In this document: one piece after another, positions 18,180 through 24,000 of the stretch
Position numbering within the stretch: position 1 is the first letter of the stretch
How the letters are laid out: every line of letters starts with the position of its first letter
From: Deltaproteobacteria bacterium
GTDB taxonomy: Bacteria > Desulfobacterota > Desulfobulbia > Desulfobulbales > Desulfobulbaceae
Direction: 5' to 3'
Length of the DNA: 24,000 nucleotides
NCBI GenBank assembly: GCA_024278495.1
Contig: JAJRTB010000219.1
Coordinates: 3,286 to 27,285, forward strand
Translations under genes and position numbers: made by a program
The notes under the pieces: generated by a model
Databases searched by the model: none
What the model was told of the DNA's origin: nothing
What the model saw: only the letters and a program-made list of their open reading frames with translations

Positions 18180-18524
18180 ATGTATATTGAACCCGCGACC
18201 ACCACGGCGGCCGGTCCCGAAAAGACAACGCCCGGAGAGCTGGCAGGTCTGTGCAAGGCCCTGGGACATCCGGCCCGTATACAAATCCTGTACCACCTGC
18301 TCAGGGAGGACCGCTGTATCTGCGGCCGGATCGTCGAGGTCATGCCCCTGGCCCAGTCCACGGTCAGTCAGCACCTGAAGATACTCAAGGAAGCCGGCCT
18401 GGTCCAGGGCGAGGTCGAGGGGCCCAGCACCTGTTACTGCGTCAACCGGAAGACACTGGCCCGTCTCTGCGTCGCCATGTCCGACCTGTTGCACTGCGAG
18501 GGAAAAGATGAAAATAATCCATGA
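18180..18524 (+). CDS. ArsR-family transcriptional regulator
   Basis: [66 protein letters not shown] (winged HTH; CxC pair typical of metalloid-sensing members). RBS agagga. Confidence 0.93.
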   Translation: MYIEPATTTAAGPEKTTPGELAGLCKALGHPARIQILYHLLREDRCICGRIVEVMPLAQSTVSQHLKILKEAGLVQGEVEGPSTCYCVNRKTLARLCVAMSDLLHCEGKDENNP

Positions 18525-19701
18525 ACAGCCGGAGCCGATACCGCTCCAACCGGCCGGCCAGTTCGGCTCGCCTCTTCCCGTCATCCCGGCCGACAGCGCT
18601 GATGACGCGCCCTGCTGAGGCCCCAGGCCCGATCCCAGGTCAGGGGTCCATGATCTGCCCGGTTACACGGTCAATCCCTTTGTCGATTCCTTTGTCGAAA
18701 CACCGGCGGGAGCGGTGCCCCGGGTCCGCACGACCTTAAGCCTGCGTGACCGCCTGGGTACCGTCAGGGCCCGCATCGGTATTGCCCGAAACCGGTACAA
18801 GATACATCCCGGTCTCTACTGCGTGGGCAATCCCGCGCCCGAATCACCGGTCCTGGTGACCGCCAACTACAAACTCAGTTTCGATGCCCTGCGCAAGGAA
18901 CTCAACGGGATCGACGCCTGGATCCTGGTGGCCGACACCCGGGGCATCAATGTCTGGTGTTCTGCCGGTAAAAAAACGTTTTCCCACGATGAAGTGGCCC
19001 TGCAGGTCAAGAGAGCGCGACTGGCCGAGATCGTCTCGCACCGGGAGCTGATCCTGCCCCAGCTTGCCGCGCCCGGCATAGCTGCCCACAAACTGAAAAA
19101 GGCCTGCGGTTTCAGGGGAATCTACGGCCCTGTACAGGCCCGGGACATTCCCCGTTTCCTGCACAACGACCGGCGGATCGGGGACGGTATGCGGGCCGTT
19201 ACCTTTACCTTCCGGGAGCGACTGGTCCTGGTCCCGGTGGAGATCGCCCTGGTCTGGAAACTTTTTCTGCTCGTGGTCATCGGGATGTTCGCCCTCTCGG
19301 GAATCGGCCCGGATCTCTTCTCGTGGCAGACAGCCCTGTCCAGGGGGATGCTGGCCGCCGGGGCCACGACCCTGGCCGTCCTCGCAGGCGCCCTGCTGAC
19401 CCCCGTCCTCCTGCCCTGGATTCCGGGCCGCCAGTTCTGGTTCAAGGGAGCCCTGGCCGGAGGATTTGCCGGTCTGCTCTATACCCTGACCGCCGCCGGA
19501 GAGACATCCCTCCCCGACCGGGCGGCCCTGCTGCTCTGGATCACGGCGGCCGCATCCTACATGGCCATGAACTTCACCGGCGCCACCCCCTTTACCTCGC
19601 TGTCCGGAGTCAAATACGAGATGCAGCGGGGCCTGGCCTTTCAGTGCATCGTCTCGGCCGTCGCCCTCATTCTCTGGCTGGCAGCCCCCTTTACCGGTTA
19701 A
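18508..19701 (+). CDS. hgcA: HgcA corrinoid protein (mercury methylation), with in-frame TGA at codon 37 proposed to encode selenocysteine
   Basis: ATG 18508 (gagg at 18498) is in the same frame as the 18715-19701 ORF. Translation: [36 protein letters not shown][TGA][36 protein letters not shown]...[49 protein letters not shown]... followed by C-terminal TM helices. NVWCSAGK matches the HgcA cap-helix motif N(V/I)WC(A/S)(A/G)GK. No ATG/GTG/TTG start lies between the TGA and the conserved PGY...TPAG segment. Confidence 0.93.
18616..18648 (+). promoter_or_regulatory. Putative Sec UGA (18616-18618) plus bacterial SECIS-like hairpin (18631-18648)
   Basis: GAUCCC-AGGUCA-GGGGUC: 6-bp stem (one U:G pair) and hexaloop AGGUCA starting 19 nt after UGA. 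E. coli fdhF has loop AGGUCU starting 18 nt after UGA. Confidence 0.7.
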
Positions 19702-19731
19702 ACAAAACTTGCGGAGAGGAAACCAGGGAAT

Positions 19732-20024
19732 ATGAAAAGCTTCAGATATATCGACAACACCGCCATCCTCAGGCTGGACAGGGAGGCCTGCATCGGCTGC
19801 GGCAACTGCGTCACGGTCTGCCCGCACCGAATCTTTACCCTGGAGGCCAAAAGGCCGCAATCATTGATTACGACGCCTGCATGGAATGCGGCGCCTGCGC
19901 CCGCAACTGTCCGGCCGAGGCCATCTTTGTCAATCCGGACGACGGCTGCGGCTGTGCCGCCTACATTATCAACAGCTGGATATCAAAGCTGCGGGGCAAA
20001 CAGGTCAACGTCTGCAGCTGCTGA
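19732..20024 (+). CDS. hgcB: HgcB ferredoxin-like protein, apparent -1 frameshift near 19849-19852
   Basis: Frame 1: MKSFRYIDNTAILRLDREACIGCGNCVTVCPHRIFTLEA. The other frame: KAAIIDYDACMECGACARNCPAEAIFVNPDDGCGCAAYIINSWISKLRGKQVNVCSC*. Two CxxCxxCxxxC(P) clusters, a CMECGAC motif and terminal cysteines are HgcB hallmarks. Confidence 0.9.
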
Positions 20025-20137
20025 CCCATTATCCAACGTGAACGTATCCCCCAGCCGAGCACTACGATACCGAACCAGGCCGCAAGTCAGATCCGTCTGA
20101 TTTGTTTTTTTACGAATCCGACATACGAGAGAATGGC

Positions 20138-20590
20138 ATGAAATCTATCCCGAAACTCTTTCTTTTCAGCTTCTTTTTCCTTACCCTGACCTTTTCCGGA
20201 ACCATGGCTCAACAGGAGGAACGGTTTGTCAAACAGCTCAAGCTGTCCACCGGTGAAACAGTCGTTGTAACGGAGGGAGCATTTGAGGCGAGAAGCCTTG
20301 GCAGCTACAGCGTCCGGCTTTACGAGGCCAACAGCGACTCTCCCACAGATTTTTTTATCTGCGGCCTGGTCGCTTCCCGGGACGGCGGCGTTGAGAAGGT
20401 CATCACCCGCGACATTACCGGCGACGGAGTTGAGGAAATTATTGTTATTATTCGCTCGGCCGGCACCGGGGGATACCTGTCCGCCGATGCCCTGCAGTAT
20501 AATGACAGGCAGATCAGGATAATGCGCCGGGTCGCGGACCTGGCAAAAAACGCCGATCCGGTTGCGGCCCTGACAGAAGTCTCCAAATAG
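20138..20590 (+). CDS. Secreted PliI-like (I-type lysozyme inhibitor family) protein
   Basis: Signal peptide MKSIPKLFLFSFFFLTLTFSGTMAQ; GSYSVRLYEAN...DGGVEKVITRDITGDGVEEIIVIIRSAGTGGYLSADALQYNDRQI resembles the PliI family core. Confidence 0.7.
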   Translation: MKSIPKLFLFSFFFLTLTFSGTMAQQEERFVKQLKLSTGETVVVTEGAFEARSLGSYSVRLYEANSDSPTDFFICGLVASRDGGVEKVITRDITGDGVEEIIVIIRSAGTGGYLSADALQYNDRQIRIMRRVADLAKNADPVAALTEVSK

Positions 20591-20658
20591 CACCTGCCCG
20601 GGAAGAACCCCTCCTTTCCGGTGAGGCCCCTTCCACTCCCGGACAGAGCCCCTTCTCT

Positions 20659-21855
20659 TCAGCCTTCATTTGTCACGGATTCACGGGTATTGTCTACCCT
20701 GTGGCCGGTGCGGATAAGGTGGGCGGCGGTCATGGTCAGGATCAGAACCACGACGCCGACATTGATAAATGACCAGGTCAGTCCCAGATAATCCATACTG
20801 AGCCCCGCGCCCAGGGCGCCGAGAAATATACCGCTGCTCATGGCCAGGCTGAAGACACCCATCATGGTTCCCTGGCCGTAATACCTGCCGTCCTGGGTGG
20901 CCAGGGCTCCGAGAACCGGCCAGATGACCGCCTCGCCCGTGCCGAGCAGCACAAAGAGGATAAGGAGCCCTGTAAAACTCCCGGCCAGGGGCACCAGGCA
21001 GATAACCCCGCTGACCAGCAGGCACCCGGAGCGCAGGAGCAGAACCTTGTCGTACCGATCCGCCATCCTGCCGCACGGGGTCTGCAGGAGAGCGTTGACC
21101 AGGGTCCGGCAGGCGATCACCATGCCTATCTGCAAAGCAGTGGCCGCGAACCACTGGTTCATGAGCAGAGGCAGAAAGGCCATGGTCGGCACCATGATAA
21201 TCATGGTGGCCATCCTGGCCAGCAGAATACCGCCGCTCCTTCTGCTGGAGACCATTCTGACCAGGGCGTTGAAAACGCCGTGGGGCGGCTGCCGGCGCGT
21301 CCCGCTTTCCATCACCGGCATCTTGACGAACACCAGCAGCATGGCCGTGCAGCTTAAAAGCGCCATGGCGTGAAAGGCGGATGCCATGCCCCAGAGATCC
21401 GTAAAGAAACCGCCGAAAAGCGGACCACCGCCGATCCCGAGAAAAATGGCGATATTGAGCATGCCCATGTAGCGACCTTCCTGCCCCAGGGGCGCCATGT
21501 CACCGACATAGGCCATGGCCACCGGCACGATCATGGCCGATCCCACCCCGTGAAAGGCCCGGATCAGAATCAGGCCGGAAACTGTCCCGGCTTCGGGCAA
21601 CAGCATCCCCACAAGGGCGTAGACCAGGAGACCCGTCACCAGGAACCATTTTCGGCCCCAGCGGTCCGACACTCCTCCGACAATGGGTTGCAGGATGCCG
21701 CGGCTGATTGAAAAGGCGGCGATAATCAGCCCCAGGGTAAAGCCGCTTGCCCCCAGGCTGACGGCAAAAACCGGCATGACCGGTATGATAATACCGACGC
21801 CGAACAGGGCCGTCATGACCGAGAGGAGCAAAATGGCGAGGATCTGCCGATTCAT
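20659..21855 (-). CDS. MFS transporter
   Basis: MNRQILAILLLSVMTALFGVGIIIPVMPVFAVSLGASGFTLGLIIAAFSISRGILQPIVGGVSDRWGRKWFLVTG (MFS motif A). The hydrophobic MFS sequence begins at the M at 21855; the upstream part of the 22074 ORF looks non-coding. Confidence 0.93.
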   Translation of the reverse strand: MNRQILAILLLSVMTALFGVGIIIPVMPVFAVSLGASGFTLGLIIAAFSISRGILQPIVGGVSDRWGRKWFLVTGLLVYALVGMLLPEAGTVSGLILIRAFHGVGSAMIVPVAMAYVGDMAPLGQEGRYMGMLNIAIFLGIGGGPLFGGFFTDLWGMASAFHAMALLSCTAMLLVFVKMPVMESGTRRQPPHGVFNALVRMVSSRRSGGILLARMATMIIMVPTMAFLPLLMNQWFAATALQIGMVIACRTLVNALLQTPCGRMADRYDKVLLLRSGCLLVSGVICLVPLAGSFTGLLILFVLLGTGEAVIWPVLGALATQDGRYYGQGTMMGVFSLAMSSGIFLGALGAGLSMDYLGLTWSFINVGVVVLILTMTAAHLIRTGHRVDNTRESVTNEG

Positions 21856-21982
21856 GTCCGCCCGTCCACCGGTCCGACAGGCAGGCCTCTGAAGGCCCTG
21901 TTGACAGATGTCTCCATGAACAGCCGGAATCCGCCTTTCCCGGACAACCGCATGAGCGCTCCGGCCGGCGTGAGATGAAGGT

Positions 21983-22642
21983 TCACTCGAACTGCTGCCT
22001 GAAATCGAAGAAGGCCTGCCGCAGCTCGGCCAGTTCCCGGCGGATCGTCTGCAGTTCCTCTTCCAGGGCCGCAATCCTTGCGCTGCGTGAGATCATCGTG
22101 TCCGCCCCGGTATCATCCGATGGGGCGCCCCGCCGGAGTAGATCCTCAACAGCAGGAGGCTCTGCAAGCAGGTGACAAAACCTGCGCTCTTTTTGACCGG
22201 GTTGTCTCGCCATTTGCCTGGCCAGGTCCATTTCCTCAAGGCTCTGCATGGTCTCCGCCACCTCGTCGAGATCGCTGAAAGAGTACATTCTCACTGACCG
22301 GGATCGAAGCTGCCCCATGGTCTGGGGCCCACGGAGCAGAAGAAGACAGAGTACGGCCAGTTCGCGGGTCACGAGATTAAAGGTCTTGCCAAGCAGATGT
22401 CCGTACCTGGGAACCCGGGCCGCGTCGCTCTGGTAGACAAGGTGATTGGCCTTGAGTTCATCGAGAACATGGTGGACCGTATCCTCGTCATAGCTCACGA
22501 CCGGCTCCCGGTTTGACTTCTGGTTACAGGCGTTGAGCAAGGCCTTAAGCGACAGGGGGTAATATTCAGGGGTGGCCATCTCCTTTTCCAGCAGACAACC
22601 CAGGACCCGTATCTCTTCAGGGGTCAGGTCAAGATCAGCCAT
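21983..22642 (-). CDS. YceH/DUF480 family protein
   Basis: DLTPEEIRVLGCLLEKEMATPEYYPLSLKALLNACNQKSNREPVVSYDEDTV...ELAVLCLLLLRGPQTMGQLRSRS is the DUF480 pattern. Start at ATG 22642. Confidence 0.92.
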   Translation of the reverse strand: MADLDLTPEEIRVLGCLLEKEMATPEYYPLSLKALLNACNQKSNREPVVSYDEDTVHHVLDELKANHLVYQSDAARVPRYGHLLGKTFNLVTRELAVLCLLLLRGPQTMGQLRSRSVRMYSFSDLDEVAETMQSLEEMDLARQMARQPGQKERRFCHLLAEPPAVEDLLRRGAPSDDTGADTMISRSARIAALEEELQTIRRELAELRQAFFDFRQQFE

Positions 22643-22742
22643 TTCATTTCTCCTTGCAATGCCTATCCGTCCAAAAAAATTGCGCCAGGAACAGGTTGTG
22701 GTATAGAATACACCTGAATGTATACCGCAAAACGAGGAAATC

Positions 22743-23261
22743 ATGAACCCGAAACTCAATTTTATCTTCAGTCGACGCAGTATCCGGAAATTCACAGACA
22801 AGGATGTTCCGGAAGAGATGATCCGGGACCTGCTGGAAGCGGCTATGGCCGCGCCATCAGCGGTTGCCGGGGACCCGTGGCATTTTATCGTTCTTCGTGA
22901 GCGAACCGGAATCAACGCCCTGGCCGATGTCCTGCCCCACGGCCGGATGCTGCGCCAGGCCACTGCCGCCTTTGTGGTCTGCGGCGACATCGACCGGGCA
23001 CATGACCGGCAGGAATCCTACATGCTGCAGGACCTGAGCGCCGCGGTTGAAAACATCCTGCTGGCCGCAAACGTCCTGGGACTTGGCAGTTGCTGGCTGG
23101 GCATCCATCCCCGGACCGGGCGGATGAGTGATATCCGCGATCTCTTTGACCTGCCGCCAAACATCATTCCCATGTGCGGCATCGCCCTGGGCTGGCCCCG
23201 GGAAAGACCTGAAAGCCGCACCCGGTTTGATCCGGACAAGGTGCACTACGAACAGTGGTAA
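22743..23261 (+). CDS. Nitroreductase family protein
   Basis: FSRRSIRKFTDKDVPEEMIRDLLEAAMAAPSAVAGDPWHFIVLR...MLQDLSAAVENILLAANVLGLGSCWLGI...GIALGWP. Confidence 0.92.
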   Translation: MNPKLNFIFSRRSIRKFTDKDVPEEMIRDLLEAAMAAPSAVAGDPWHFIVLRERTGINALADVLPHGRMLRQATAAFVVCGDIDRAHDRQESYMLQDLSAAVENILLAANVLGLGSCWLGIHPRTGRMSDIRDLFDLPPNIIPMCGIALGWPRERPESRTRFDPDKVHYEQW

Positions 23262-23278
23262 CCAGGGGGCCCGCAACC

Positions 23279-23340
23279 TAACTCGTCACAGGGTTTGAAA
23301 CTCTGCGATTTTACCTGCCCATAATTTGCAAGTGGCCAGG
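23279..23340. repeat. Dispersed repeat A, copy 2
   Basis: taactcgtcacagggtttgaaactctgcgattttacctgcccataatttgcaagtggccagg; near-identical to 6929-6990. Confidence 0.8.
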
Positions 23341-23412
23341 CCAGCACGCAGGATCAGATCACTGACAAAACGGTTCACCCAATGCTGCGGGCGGGACGCC
23401 CCCTCCACCGCA

Positions 23413-23434
23413 GGTGAACGCTCACGGATCCAGG
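23413..23434. repeat. Dispersed repeat B, copy 2
   Basis: ggtgaacgctcacggatccagg, identical to 5662-5683. Confidence 0.75.
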
Positions 23435-23450
23435 TAAATACCAGAAAAAT

Positions 23451-23479
23451 TTGACACCTACAGGGTAGGACTATACAAT
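23451..23479 (+). promoter_or_regulatory. Strong sigma70-like promoter
   Basis: TTGACA (23451-23456), 17-bp spacer, TACAAT (23474-23479), upstream of the ATG at 23536. Confidence 0.65.
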
Positions 23480-23535
23480 GGCGTAGACTTTTGCTTCAAA
23501 ATAAGATGACTTCGCCGGGAATAACAGGTCAACGT

Positions 23536-24000
23536 ATGCGACAGCTTTCCATCCGCTGGAAATTTATCCTCAACAGTTTCGGCATAATGTTGACGACAGT
23601 TCTGCTTATCGGTTTTGTCCTCACCTTTTCTCTGCAGGACTATCTGGCCCGGGAAGCCAAAGAACTCCACCGCTCCGAACTTGACTCAACACGCCGGCAC
23701 CTGAAAAACTACGTTGATATCGCCATCAGCCTCATTGAGGAATCAGCAGGGGCAGCACAAAGAGGGGAGATAACGCTTGCCCGGGCCAAGCAAACCGCCA
23801 TGGACAAAATCAGACGCCTCAGGTACGATTCCGGCGTCGGCTATTTCTGGATAAACGATACCGGCCGCCCCTTTCCCAGAATGATCATGCACCCCACCGT
23901 CCCCGACCTGGACGGCCGGGTGCTGGACGACCCCAGGTTTAACTGCGTCCAGGGCACCAATAAAAACCTTTTTGTCGCCATGGTTGAGGCAACTGAAAAG
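23536..24000 (+). CDS. Sensory protein with N-terminal TM and Cache-type domain (chemotaxis protein or sensor kinase), 3' truncated
   Basis: Open frame to the window end, absent from the ORF track: MRQLSIRWKFILNSFGIMLTTVLLIGFVLTFSLQDYLAREAKEL...KIRRLRYDSGVGYFWINDTGRPFPRMIMHPTVPDLDGRVLDDPRF, typical of a single Cache_2 domain. Confidence 0.85.
   Translation, partial: MRQLSIRWKFILNSFGIMLTTVLLIGFVLTFSLQDYLAREAKELHRSELDSTRRHLKNYVDIAISLIEESAGAAQRGEITLARAKQTAMDKIRRLRYDSGVGYFWINDTGRPFPRMIMHPTVPDLDGRVLDDPRFNCVQGTNKNLFVAMVEATEK

Noticed and set aside
18715-19701. hgcA as a 328-aa ORF starting at GTG 18715
   Set aside because: It lacks the upstream [20 protein letters not shown] segment and has no clear Shine-Dalgarno. 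The same frame extends to a well-placed ATG at 18508 if TGA is read through.
18844-19860. 338-aa minus-strand ORF antisense to hgcA
   Set aside because: Gly/Gln/Asp-rich low-complexity translation typical of shadow ORFs in GC-rich DNA; the plus strand encodes recognisable HgcA.
19323-20024. 233-aa ORF treated as one gene
   Set aside because: Its first two thirds are out of frame with hgcA; only the last part is real and is the 3' portion of hgcB.
1-24000. tRNA, rRNA, integrase or prophage genes
   Set aside because: None recognisable on either strand; the window reads as chromosomal gene content with a few small repeats.

Overview
GC-rich bacterial window, probably Desulfobacterota (inferred from gene content and protein character). 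Read left to right: 3' part of mfd (+); yrfG-like HAD nucleotidase (+); GGDEF diguanylate cyclase (-); conserved hypothetical (-); a secreted ELWxxDGT-repeat protein with ~48-aa tandem units (+); membrane/TPR-like protein (+); apbE-nqrABCDEF-nqrM-like (+); arsR-hgcA-hgcB (+); PliI-like secreted protein (+); MFS transporter (-); YceH/DUF480 (-); nitroreductase (+); start of a sensory/chemotaxis protein (+, runs off the window). The most interesting region is 18129-20024, an arsR-linked mercury-methylation locus. hgcA carries the corrinoid motif NVWCSAGK. Its upstream reading frame starts at an ATG overlapping arsR and is interrupted by one in-frame TGA in the context APC-TGA-GPRPDP. A hairpin with an AGGUCA loop follows immediately and closely resembles the E. 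coli fdhF SECIS, so I propose HgcA is a selenoprotein here. hgcB is recognisable by both cysteine clusters, but they lie in two frames joined at an A4 run: a sequencing indel, real lesion, or recoding. A 6-bp inverted repeat (TATCGT-N6-ACGATA) overlapping the -10 of a TTGACA promoter upstream of arsR is a candidate operator. Two families of short intergenic repeats occur in the window. All homology calls are from recognition of motifs, not database searches.
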